Assembly (NCBI GenBank): GCA_001898465.1
Contig: MKTX01000003.1
Location: forward strand, 123,684 to 187,683
Length of the DNA: 64,000 nucleotides
Source: Sphingobacteriales bacterium 39-19
Lineage (GTDB): Bacteria > Bacteroidota > Bacteroidia > Chitinophagales > Chitinophagaceae
Direction of reading: 5' to 3'
The notes under the pieces are model-generated. The model saw only the letters and a list, made by a program, of their open reading frames with translations, did not search any database and had not been told where the DNA came from. Below, in pieces: positions 38,589-47,262 of the stretch. Every line of letters starts with the position of its first letter. Within the stretch, counting starts at the first letter, position 1. A program made the position numbers and the translations under genes.

Positions 38589-41027
38589 TTATGCTTTTTT
38601 GGGGCTAAAATGCATTGTCCATTTTATGCGCTTGTCATTTACTTCTTCTTTTGTCATCATCCACAAACTATAATATTTTCCAGCCACCCACTGGTTAATA
38701 AAATTATCATAGTATTTACTGCCGGGGTTTCCGCTTTGTCCGCCGGGATATACTCCATAAGCTTCTGTTTGCGGCGTAAGGCTTACCACCATGCGCCAAC
38801 TGGGGCCATGATTTTTTTTGGTAGCATTTATAATATGATCTCCCCCGCCAATAGGCAGGTTAAGCCTGTTTAATGCCGGTATCACTTTAGTTAAGTGATC
38901 TATTTCTGTTCCTTTATACAGAGCCCAGGGCAATTCTTTTGCAATTTCAATAGTTCTTAATTCTTTGCCGGCCGCTAAAAATGCCTGTGTGGTAATATCG
39001 CTGAGGGTTTCTTTTTGCGGGGTATTGATATTATCAATAAACTTATAAGTACTATCCCGTAAGATCGCTTCTTCTAATGTACTTTCCTGGGGCGATAAAA
39101 CACCATTGGGTACTTTAGCAAATTCATCGCCAAAAACAGCCGTTTTAAATTGATTCCAAAATATAAAAAATACCGTTGCACCTTTTGAGTCTGCATCATT
39201 TCTCAAATCCCAATTTCGTAATATATTCAGGTACTCCTGGTCTTTACCGGTGAGTGCAGTGGCATCTATATTTTTTAAAAGCACAGGCATTACCGTTTCG
39301 GCAAACACATTGTAATTATTATTTTGCATTTGCATCATATCCTGCGGGGTAATTTGCTCCATGCTGCTTAATAACCGGTTTATAATAATTCCTCTGGATG
39401 AAGGATAATTCCGTCCCAGGTAATAGGGATAATTATTTTGTACAGGCCTTTGATTGGCACTACTTATAAACCCCCTTTCGGGATTGTATTGATAGGGTAC
39501 TTCGGTTTGCGGAATAATACCCTGCCACATATAACTGCTATCTTGCCCCGGCATAATAAAATCGCCCTGACCAGTCCATTTTGCCGGCCATGCACCCTGT
39601 GTGCGAATGGCGATATCGCCATTTTTACAGGCAAAAGCTACGTTTTGCCCCGGCACTTCCAGGTTCATACAGGCATCTTTATAATCTTCATAATTTTTTG
39701 CCCGGTTTAATTTATAAAAAATAAGCAGCTCATTACTGGCATCATGGGCTTTCCATCTTACAGCATAATTTTTTTTGCTGCTATCTTTTTTCCCGGCAAA
39801 CGATTTATCATACATTACCGGGCCAAAAATTGTATAGGCAACCGTATCGTAAAAAACTGGTTTGCCAGCAATTTTAATTTCCTCGATTCTAAATGTAGTT
39901 TTTTTCCATTCATTATTAAACCAATATTCCTGGCGGCTATTGTCTTTAAATGTAATTTCATAATAATCCCTCACATCCCGTCCGCCATTGGTAAAACCAA
40001 ATGCACAACTATCATTATATCCAATAATAACACCCGGTGCGCCCGGGAAGCTTACCCCATATGCATTGAAAGCCGGTGTACTGATTTGTATTTCGTACCA
40101 TAAGGAAGGAAGGTTTAATCCCAGGTGCGGATCATTACATAAAATAGGGAAACCACTTTTTGTTTTTTTTCCGCTTACGGCCCAGTTATTACTGCCATTG
40201 GCCGGGTTGGGTTTTTCATTTTCAATTACATCTATGTCCCCTTTCAGGTAAACAGAATCTACATGGGCAGGCGCTTTAGGATGTATAGAAGGTTCGGGGA
40301 ACAGAGTGCCTTTTGGTATAATAGGATCCGCAGAATCCTGGAATACCGGGTAAAGTAAATTCATATCGGTAGAATCAAAATAACTACGGGCATGTTCCAT
40401 CTCAAAATCGGTTTCATATGATGCCAGATCGTACGACATATATTTTAAGAATAAGGCTGATCGTAAATTACTCCACTCTCGGGGCTTAAAGCCCATGAGT
40501 TTATATTCAAATGGCAGTGTACTTTCTGTAAGCGAATGAATATATGCATTTACACCTGCAGTATAGGCATCGCAGCTTGCCTTGGTATCGGGGTTGGCTT
40601 CCATTTCCTTCAATGCATTTTCTGCACCATATACCATGCCCAGGCGCCTGAATTCCCGATCGTGTGCCAGGCCTTTTTCTCCTATTACTTCACTTACTTC
40701 ACCTGCAGCAGCACGGGTTTGCAGGTCCATTTGCCAAAGCCGGAATTTAGCATGTAAATACCCTTGTATAAAATAAGCATCATTTTCCTGCTCCGCAAAA
40801 ATATGCGGCACTAAGCGTTCATCTAAATACACAGAGGCTTTGCCTTTTAATTGCGGGAAATTAAAATCTCCTGAAAAATCTTCATTGGCATCATCTGCGT
40901 TCTGCCAGAGGCCCGATTGGGGAGCAAGGAGTTTACCCAGCGGTGCCGGTAATACCATTTTGGTATTTAATAAAATGATCAAACCCATCGTAAGAATACT
41001 GGATATTAAAAAGGATATAAGTCTCAT
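38589..41027 (-). CDS. Penicillin acylase family Ntn-hydrolase (penicillin amidase / possible acyl-homoserine-lactone acylase)
   Basis: 812 aa. Signal/anchor, then an alpha-chain-like region. Candidate beta-chain N-terminal nucleophile context NGSNNWAVSGKKTKSG. Confidence 0.82.
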   Translation of the reverse strand: MRLISFLISSILTMGLIILLNTKMVLPAPLGKLLAPQSGLWQNADDANEDFSGDFNFPQLKGKASVYLDERLVPHIFAEQENDAYFIQGYLHAKFRLWQMDLQTRAAAGEVSEVIGEKGLAHDREFRRLGMVYGAENALKEMEANPDTKASCDAYTAGVNAYIHSLTESTLPFEYKLMGFKPREWSNLRSALFLKYMSYDLASYETDFEMEHARSYFDSTDMNLLYPVFQDSADPIIPKGTLFPEPSIHPKAPAHVDSVYLKGDIDVIENEKPNPANGSNNWAVSGKKTKSGFPILCNDPHLGLNLPSLWYEIQISTPAFNAYGVSFPGAPGVIIGYNDSCAFGFTNGGRDVRDYYEITFKDNSRQEYWFNNEWKKTTFRIEEIKIAGKPVFYDTVAYTIFGPVMYDKSFAGKKDSSKKNYAVRWKAHDASNELLIFYKLNRAKNYEDYKDACMNLEVPGQNVAFACKNGDIAIRTQGAWPAKWTGQGDFIMPGQDSSYMWQGIIPQTEVPYQYNPERGFISSANQRPVQNNYPYYLGRNYPSSRGIIINRLLSSMEQITPQDMMQMQNNNYNVFAETVMPVLLKNIDATALTGKDQEYLNILRNWDLRNDADSKGATVFFIFWNQFKTAVFGDEFAKVPNGVLSPQESTLEEAILRDSTYKFIDNINTPQKETLSDITTQAFLAAGKELRTIEIAKELPWALYKGTEIDHLTKVIPALNRLNLPIGGGDHIINATKKNHGPSWRMVVSLTPQTEAYGVYPGGQSGNPGSKYYDNFINQWVAGKYYSLWMMTKEEVNDKRIKWTMHFSPKKA

Positions 41028-41088
41028 AGCAATGTTTAAAACTGTAAGTTAGCAAAATTTAAAAGATGGATTATGCTATTTTTACATT

Positions 41089-41706
41089 ATGGAAAAAATG
41101 TTCCTGAATAAAGATGTAAAAAATATCCTGGGGCTGCAATTACCTACCGATCCACGCTGGGTAAACCTGGCCGCCATAAGCCTTTCTGAAATATTAACGG
41201 ATCATGCGTATTGTGAACAAAAAGCGGCAACCACTTGTATTTCGTTAATTCAAAAAAATCCTGAAAAGAAATTATTGGTTGAATCACTAAGCCCTATTGT
41301 TACAGAAGAATGGGGGCATTTTAGAATGGTGCTGGCTGAAATTTACAAACGGGGATTTACCCTGGGCCGCCAAAGAAAAGATGTATATGTAAATAAACTT
41401 ATAGAATTTCAGAAAAAAGGGGGTAGCCCAAACGAAAGATTCTTAGATCAAATGCTTACCATGGCATTAATAGAAGCCCGCAGTTGCGAACGTTTTAAAA
41501 GATTGAGTGAAGGAATGGAAGACGCCTATCTCCGTAAATTTTATCGCCGCTTTATGGAAAGTGAGGCCGGCCATTATACATTATTTATAACCCTGGCAGC
41601 ACATTATATTGATAAACTTGCGGTACGAAAGCGTTGGAAACAATGGTTGGAATATGAAAAGGAATTGATGAAAAGCGAAGCCGTAAGAGGAGACCGAATA
41701 CATTAA
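41089..41706 (+). CDS. miaE: tRNA-(ms2io6A37)-hydroxylase, diiron (MiaE family)
   Basis: LPTDPRWVNLA...LTDHAYCEQKAA and the ExxH-type diiron ligands (EEWGHF, ESEAGH) match the MiaE pattern. Confidence 0.78.
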   Translation: MEKMFLNKDVKNILGLQLPTDPRWVNLAAISLSEILTDHAYCEQKAATTCISLIQKNPEKKLLVESLSPIVTEEWGHFRMVLAEIYKRGFTLGRQRKDVYVNKLIEFQKKGGSPNERFLDQMLTMALIEARSCERFKRLSEGMEDAYLRKFYRRFMESEAGHYTLFITLAAHYIDKLAVRKRWKQWLEYEKELMKSEAVRGDRIH

Positions 41707-41718
41707 GAAATCTCAGGC

Positions 41719-42210
41719 TTACTTAAGATCTGCACTTCCAAATGAAAGCGGGAGCAGGGACACGGCTTTATCTAGTATGATCACTTTTCCCGTTTTGCCG
41801 GTAAGGATTAATCGCATATAATTCCCGGTTCTGTCTTCAAATTCTTTTAATGCCTGGCGGCACATACCACAGGGGCTGATGGGGTGATTGCTTTCTCCGT
41901 TTTTGTTATCATAACTTATTGCCATTGTTTTAATGGGCATTCCGGCATACATTACTGCGGCAGTACCTAGTAACACCCTTTCAGCACAAGTGCCTACCGG
42001 GTAAGATGCATTTTCCTGGTTACTCCCTTTTATAATTTGCCCATTCGTTAACAGGGCAGCAGCGCCCACAAAAAAATTACTGTACGGCGCATATGCATTT
42101 GATGTAATAGCCCGGGCTTCATTTACCAATTTTTTATCTTCTTCATTCAATGCATCAGAAGAGTCAAATATTTCGTAAACCAATTTTAGTTCTTCCCTCA
42201 TAACATACAT
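41719..42210 (-). CDS. cdd: Cytidine deaminase
   Basis: Zinc ligands CAERV and PCGMCRQ. PYSNFFVGAA substrate motif. Confidence 0.9.
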   Translation of the reverse strand: MYVMREELKLVYEIFDSSDALNEEDKKLVNEARAITSNAYAPYSNFFVGAAALLTNGQIIKGSNQENASYPVGTCAERVLLGTAAVMYAGMPIKTMAISYDNKNGESNHPISPCGMCRQALKEFEDRTGNYMRLILTGKTGKVIILDKAVSLLPLSFGSADLK

Positions 42211-42311
42211 TCGTTAAAAAATGCCGGGGATTCCGGCTTGCTTCAATGTTGTAAATTAACGATAAATCATGAATATTAGCAAAACCATTTAGGATACTTA
42301 CCGGGATATCG

Positions 42312-42319
42312 TAGCTTTG
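42312..42319 (+). promoter_or_regulatory. TAnnTTTG -7 box driving rnpB
   Basis: TAGCTTTG at 42312-42319. The predicted P1 5' end of RNase P RNA starts about 6 nt downstream, the spacing expected for a transcription start site. Confidence 0.6.
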
Positions 42320-42324
42320 TATTT

Positions 42325-42699
42325 CTGTCAGCCGGTTACCGCTTTTTTAAATAAAAGAGGAAAGTCCGGACAGCATAGGGAAGCATACCGGTTAATAGCC
42401 GGCCCTGAACAAATGGGAGGGGAGAAAGTGCCACAGAAAATTACCGCCTGCACACCCTGTGCAGGTAAGGGTGAAAATGTGAGGTAAGAGCTCACAACAT
42501 TTCCCGGTAACGGGTAATGGGGGTAAACCTTATGCGCTGAAATGCTATGTAAACCGGCCTTTGAGGGTGCCCGCCCAAGTTTCAGTAATGAACAGGCCGG
42601 AGGGTAAGCAGCTAGATTGAAACAGTAATGTTTCAACCAGATAAATGGTAACCATTCCGGTGCAAACCGGGATCACAGGATCCGGCTTATGGCTGACAG
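42325..42699 (+). ncRNA. rnpB: RNase P RNA, bacterial type A
   Basis: Universal P4 strand GAGGAAAGTCCGGAC (42357-), GTGCCACAGAAAA, GGTAAGGGTGAAA, GTGAGGTAAGAGCTCAC, AGATAAATG, ACAGGATCCGGCTTA. P1 pairing is CTGTCAGCC (42325-33) with GGCTGACAG (42691-99), followed by a T-run. Confidence 0.95.
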
Positions 42700-42750
42700 A
42701 CTTTTTTATTTTACCCGGCTCAAAAAAAATGGATGATATAATTCTTCTAC

Positions 42751-43248
42751 ATGGTAAAAAATAATATGATTGAATTCAGGAAGGAAACACTGCAGGATAC
42801 AGGCTCTGTATTTATTGTAAGTGAATCAAGAGGAATCAATTTATTTGTTGGCATTTTTTTAACCATGCTCTCTTTCCTCACGCTCTACTACAATCATTTT
42901 GATTTTAACGTGGGGGTAGAAATTTATATTTTATACCTTTTTATCGTACCCGGGGCCTACTTTATTTATAAGGCCATAGTAAAAAAGCAAATTATGGTAA
43001 TTAATAAATATGGTTTTTTTTACCAGGGGAAATTATTAACCAATTGGCAAAATTTTATTACCGCCCGTTATGACCAGGAAGAAAAAACCTGGACCATACA
43101 AGACAATTTCGTATTGTTTATTGAATATTTTAAACCGGGATTTCCTAAAAGTTTTATTTCAAAAATACCATTAACAAATACCCAGGATAAAAGCGAAGAA
43201 GAAATAATGGCAGCGATTCGGTTTTTTGTAACAAACTATAAAGCATAA
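42751..43248 (+). CDS. Hypothetical membrane protein (2 TM plus a soluble C-terminal domain)
   Basis: Two hydrophobic helices (INLFVGIFLTMLSFLTLYY; VEIYILYLFIVPGAYFIY) followed by about 90 aa. No motif recognised. Confidence 0.5.
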   Translation: MVKNNMIEFRKETLQDTGSVFIVSESRGINLFVGIFLTMLSFLTLYYNHFDFNVGVEIYILYLFIVPGAYFIYKAIVKKQIMVINKYGFFYQGKLLTNWQNFITARYDQEEKTWTIQDNFVLFIEYFKPGFPKSFISKIPLTNTQDKSEEEIMAAIRFFVTNYKA

Positions 43249-43321
43249 TGTGTACAGGTACATTTATGCTTTACGGGGATCTCATTGTTTAAAATGAATT
43301 AACTTTCCAATAAAAAAAAGA

Positions 43322-43810
43322 ATGATGGGTACAGAAAATAAATCATGGAAAATACATACCGGGGATTTTGTTTTTTCATTTTCAGAAGAAGATTTAAAGA
43401 ATGCCCATGTGGCAGAAACCGGCCCCGGCATCTATCATGTTCTTAAAGATAACCGTTCACAATCAATTCGCATCCTTTCTGCATCAGGCAACCATATACA
43501 GGTAGAAGCAGATGGAGAGCGTTATGATATCCTCATTAAAGATGAATTTCAGCAAATGCTGGAAGCGCTTGGGTTTAACAATACACAGGCAGCCCGGGTA
43601 AAAGAAATAAAAGCGCCCATGCCTGGGCTTGTTTTACAAATTGCAGTAAAAGAAGGTGACAGCATAAAGCCGGGTGATAAACTCATTATTTTAGAGGCCA
43701 TGAAAATGGAGAACAGTATCCTGGCAACTACTGATGCCAGGGTAAAACAAATTCATGTAACTCCGGGAATGGGGGTAGAAAAAGACCAGTTGCTGGTAGA
43801 ATTTGAATAA
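43322..43810 (+). CDS. Biotin carboxyl carrier protein (biotinyl domain) of an acyl-CoA carboxylase
   Basis: C-terminal biotinylation motif ILEAMKMEN within a lipoyl/biotinyl fold. Confidence 0.88.
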   Translation: MMGTENKSWKIHTGDFVFSFSEEDLKNAHVAETGPGIYHVLKDNRSQSIRILSASGNHIQVEADGERYDILIKDEFQQMLEALGFNNTQAARVKEIKAPMPGLVLQIAVKEGDSIKPGDKLIILEAMKMENSILATTDARVKQIHVTPGMGVEKDQLLVEFE

Positions 43811-43847
43811 ATTAATATGGATTCCATTTCTTAAATAATAAAATTAA

Positions 43848-45323
43848 ATGAAGAAAATTCTGGTAGCGAACAGGGGGGAGATCGCTTTGCGAATTATGAA
43901 AACGATTCGTAAAATGGGCATCAAATCCGTAGCTGTATTTTCTGAAGCAGACCGGCTGGCTCCGCATGTATTATATGCCGATGAAGCTGTGTGCCTGGGA
44001 CCGGCGGCTTCCTCACAATCCTATTTACAAGGCGATAAAATAATTGAAGCCTGTAAAATGTTACAGGCAGATGGGCTGCATCCGGGCTATGGATTTTTAA
44101 GTGAGAATGCCGACTTTGCACAAAAAGTAGAAGATGCCGGTATTAATTTTATTGGGCCCGCTGCCTCGGCAATGCGCATCATGGGTTCTAAACTGGCGGC
44201 TAAAGAAAGTGTAAAAAAATATAATATTCCCATGGTGCCGGGTATTGATAAAGCCATTTCCGATGTTACATGGGCCAGGCAAATTGCGGCTGAAGTGGGC
44301 TATCCTATTTTAATAAAGGCATCAGCAGGTGGCGGTGGCAAAGGCATGCGTACAGTAACCTATGAAGGAGAATTACAAGAACAAATGGAACGGGCAATCA
44401 GTGAAGCCGCATCGAGTTTTGGTGATGGCTCTGTTTTTATTGAAAAATTAGTTACCCGTCCCCGGCATATTGAAGTGCAGGTACTGGCCGATAAACAAGG
44501 AAATACAGTTCATTTATTTGAACGGGAATGCAGCATTCAGCGCCGCCATCAAAAAGTGATTGAAGAATCACCTTCGTCAATACTTACCCCGGAATTGCGA
44601 AAAAAAATGGGAGAAGCGGCAGTAATGGTAGCCAAATCCTGCCATTATACCAGTACGGGTACTGTAGAATTTTTAATGGATGAAAATTTAAACTTCTATT
44701 TTCTTGAAATGAATACCCGTTTGCAGGTAGAGCATCCCGTAACGGAAATGATTTCCGGCATCGACCTGGTAGAACAGCAAATACGAATTGCCCGGGGCGA
44801 ATCATTATCATTTACCCAGGACGACTTATCTATCCGGGGCCATGCGCTGGAATTAAGAATTTATGCAGAGGATACCCGGAATCATTTTTTACCTTCTACC
44901 GGCACTTTAGAAGTATATAAACCCCCAAAAGGGGAGGGTATTCGGGTAGATGATGGCTATGTGGAGGGGATGGAGATCCCAGTATATTATGACCCCATGA
45001 TCGCAAAATTAATTGTACATGCAGCCAACCGGCAGCAGGCCATTGAAAAAATGCTGGAAGCCATAAAAAACTACCCCATAGAAGGCGTATTAACAACAAA
45101 AGAATTTGGAAAATTTGTTTTTGAACATGAAGCTTTCATTTCGGGGAATTTTACCACTCAGTTTGTGCCTGCTTATTACACCGCCGAAGCTATTAAAGAG
45201 GCAGAACAACCCATTGCAGAAGCGGCCGCTATGGCGGCATTGGCTTTTTTTATAAAGCAAAAGAGCATCTTAAAAACAACTATCCATAAAGCCACCAGCT
45301 GGAAGCGAAGGCTTGCACAGTGA
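43848..45323 (+). CDS. Biotin carboxylase subunit (ATP-grasp) of an acyl-CoA carboxylase
   Basis: MKKILVANRGEIALRI, GYGFLSEN, the ATP-grasp glycine loop KASAGGGGKGMR and EMNTRLQVEHPVTE. Confidence 0.95.
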   Translation: MKKILVANRGEIALRIMKTIRKMGIKSVAVFSEADRLAPHVLYADEAVCLGPAASSQSYLQGDKIIEACKMLQADGLHPGYGFLSENADFAQKVEDAGINFIGPAASAMRIMGSKLAAKESVKKYNIPMVPGIDKAISDVTWARQIAAEVGYPILIKASAGGGGKGMRTVTYEGELQEQMERAISEAASSFGDGSVFIEKLVTRPRHIEVQVLADKQGNTVHLFERECSIQRRHQKVIEESPSSILTPELRKKMGEAAVMVAKSCHYTSTGTVEFLMDENLNFYFLEMNTRLQVEHPVTEMISGIDLVEQQIRIARGESLSFTQDDLSIRGHALELRIYAEDTRNHFLPSTGTLEVYKPPKGEGIRVDDGYVEGMEIPVYYDPMIAKLIVHAANRQQAIEKMLEAIKNYPIEGVLTTKEFGKFVFEHEAFISGNFTTQFVPAYYTAEAIKEAEQPIAEAAAMAALAFFIKQKSILKTTIHKATSWKRRLAQ

Positions 45324-45361
45324 GCAATAAAAAAGAGCAATAAAATCAAATACATTCCCCT

Positions 45362-46057
45362 ATGCCAAAAGATGCTATAAAGAAAGAGATAAAATTTTTA
45401 GAAGGCCCTCATAGCCGGTTATCAGAATTTTTATTTACGGTTTCAGTTTTAGTAGAATTTATCAGGGGGTTCAGGCGTTTGCATTTTGTAGGGCCCTGTG
45501 TTACCATTTTCGGATCTGCCCGTTTTAAAGAAGATCACAAATATTATAAACAAGCCAGGGCCCTGGCATCTGAAATTGCAAAATTGGGATTTACGATTAT
45601 GACGGGCGGCGGCCCCGGTATCATGGAAGCAGCCAACCGGGGCGCAAAAGATGTGGGGGGCAGGAGTGTGGGCTGTAATATTATTTTACCCCATGAACAA
45701 TTCAGAAATAAATACCTGGATAAATGGGTTGACATTAAATACTTTTTTGTTCGTAAATCACTCATCATAAAATACTCGTATGCATTTGTAGTAATGCCCG
45801 GTGGTTTTGGAACATTGGATGAATATTTTGAAGCATTAACTTTAATTCAAACCAGAAAAATAAGTGAATTTCCTATTATAATATTTGATACGGATTACCA
45901 CAAAGATATTATGGCCCATATAGAAAAAATGAAAGAGAATGGAACTATTTCTCCTGAAGACCTGGACCTTTGCCTCTTTACCAATTCGGTAGATGAAGCC
46001 ATAGAACATATTAAACAGAAAAGTATCAATCATTTTGGTTTAAAAAAGGAAGAATAA
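45362..46057 (+). CDS. LOG-family (TIGR00730) Rossmann protein, cytokinin riboside 5'-monophosphate phosphoribohydrolase-like
   Basis: GGGPGIMEAANRGA and PGGFGTLDE motifs. Confidence 0.88.
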   Translation: MPKDAIKKEIKFLEGPHSRLSEFLFTVSVLVEFIRGFRRLHFVGPCVTIFGSARFKEDHKYYKQARALASEIAKLGFTIMTGGGPGIMEAANRGAKDVGGRSVGCNIILPHEQFRNKYLDKWVDIKYFFVRKSLIIKYSYAFVVMPGGFGTLDEYFEALTLIQTRKISEFPIIIFDTDYHKDIMAHIEKMKENGTISPEDLDLCLFTNSVDEAIEHIKQKSINHFGLKKEE

Positions 46058-46076
46058 AATTTTAAAATCATGAAAA

Positions 46077-46298
46077 ATGGAAACAAAAAAATATTCAAAT
46101 GATGAAGTAACCATCGTATGGACAGCCTCAAAATGTATTCATTCCGGCATATGCGTAAAATTATTGCCCGGGGTGTATCATCCAAAAGAAAGACCCTGGA
46201 TTCGTCCATATAATGCAAGTACCAAAGAAATTATTAACCAGGTAAAGCAATGCCCATCGGGCGCATTATCTTACTATTTAAATAATGAAGCCGTATGA
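46077..46298 (+). CDS. YjdI-like divergent 4Fe-4S mono-cluster protein
   Basis: The pattern C-IHSGIC-V ... RPWIRP ... CPSGAL-Y parallels E. coli YjdI as I recall it. Confidence 0.6.
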   Translation: METKKYSNDEVTIVWTASKCIHSGICVKLLPGVYHPKERPWIRPYNASTKEIINQVKQCPSGALSYYLNNEAV

Positions 46299-46582
46299 AT
46301 ATTAAACAATCAACAAGTGAATTGCCAGAACGTTTTGAAGCAATAGACCAGGATAAGCTGGCGGGTTTTATGACGTATCATTGGGAGCAACCCCGGCTTA
46401 TGATCATCGATCATACAGAAGTAGGCCCGGAGTATGGAGGCCAGGGGGTTGGTAAAAAATTAGTGTTGGGTGCGGTAATGGATGCCCGTGAAAAAGGGTA
46501 TCAGATTTTTCCCGTTTGTGAATTCGCTAAATCGGTTTTTGACAGGAAGCCCGAATTACAGGATGTTCTTTTTAAAAAATGA
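46295..46582 (+). CDS. Small GNAT-like N-acetyltransferase (YjdJ-like)
   Basis: 95 aa with a GQGVGKKLV acetyl-CoA loop. The start overlaps the yjdI-like stop (ATGA). Confidence 0.65.
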   Translation: MNIKQSTSELPERFEAIDQDKLAGFMTYHWEQPRLMIIDHTEVGPEYGGQGVGKKLVLGAVMDAREKGYQIFPVCEFAKSVFDRKPELQDVLFKK

Positions 46583-46657
46583 AAGATAGCGCAACTTAAT
46601 CTATATTAAGTTGTATTAGGCAGAAATGCAGGAAATTTGCCATATAAAACAATTATC

Positions 46658-47194
46658 ATGGCAAATACAACAAAATGGACTATTGATCCGGCACACAGCG
46701 AACTGATGTTTAGAGTTCGCCATCTCAAAATTGCAAATGTAAAAGGTGAATTCAGGGAATTTTCTGCTGAAATTTTATCTTCAGGCGACGACTTTAACCA
46801 GGCCGTAGTAACTGCTGAAGTAAAATCCGCATCTATTTTTACGAATGACAATAACAGGGATACGCATTTAAAAAGCGCCGATTTTTTTGATGCTGAAAAA
46901 TATCCAACCCTTTCTTTCAAAGGAACATCTTTTAGCAAAACCAGTGATGATGAGTTTGTACTCACCGGGGACCTCACCATTAAAGAAATTACAAAACCAA
47001 TAAGTTTACAAGTAGAATTTGGCGGGGTGGAAAATGATCTTTACGGGAACCGCAAAGCCGGTTTTTCATTGGAAGGTAAATTAAGTCGTAAAGAGTGGGA
47101 ATTAAACTGGAATGCAGTATTAGAAACCGGTGGCGTATTGGTAAGTGATGAAGTGAAAATAAGCGGAGAACTTCAATTTATTAAACAAGCATAA
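46658..47194 (+). CDS. YceI-family polyisoprenoid-binding protein
   Basis: WTIDPAHSELMFRVRHLKIANVKGEF, NRDTHLKSADFFD and LTIKEITKPI are hallmark YceI stretches. Confidence 0.9.
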   Translation: MANTTKWTIDPAHSELMFRVRHLKIANVKGEFREFSAEILSSGDDFNQAVVTAEVKSASIFTNDNNRDTHLKSADFFDAEKYPTLSFKGTSFSKTSDDEFVLTGDLTIKEITKPISLQVEFGGVENDLYGNRKAGFSLEGKLSRKEWELNWNAVLETGGVLVSDEVKISGELQFIKQA

Positions 47195-47208
47195 GAATAA
47201 TAACCCAG

Positions 47209-47238
47209 AAAAAAAGCCTGCAATTTGCAGGCTTTTTT
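47209..47238. terminator. Bidirectional rho-independent terminator (yceI / htrA convergent)
   Basis: AAAAAAAGCCTGCA-ATT-TGCAGGCTTTTTT. Confidence 0.8.
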
Positions 47239-47262
47239 ATATTCATAACTAAACTCCAAACA

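Noticed and set aside
42328-42636. 102-aa minus-strand ORF from the ORF track
   Set aside because: It lies entirely inside the plus-strand RNase P RNA, which carries the GAGGAAAGTCCGGAC P4 strand and the other universal motifs. The ORF is an artefact of a G+C-rich structured RNA.
46596-46617. 9-bp palindrome CAACTTAAT-CTAT-ATTAAGTTG upstream of yceI as a regulatory site
   Set aside because: It could equally be a weak terminator for the preceding GNAT gene. It is a single AT-rich occurrence, and without comparative data there is not enough support to report it.
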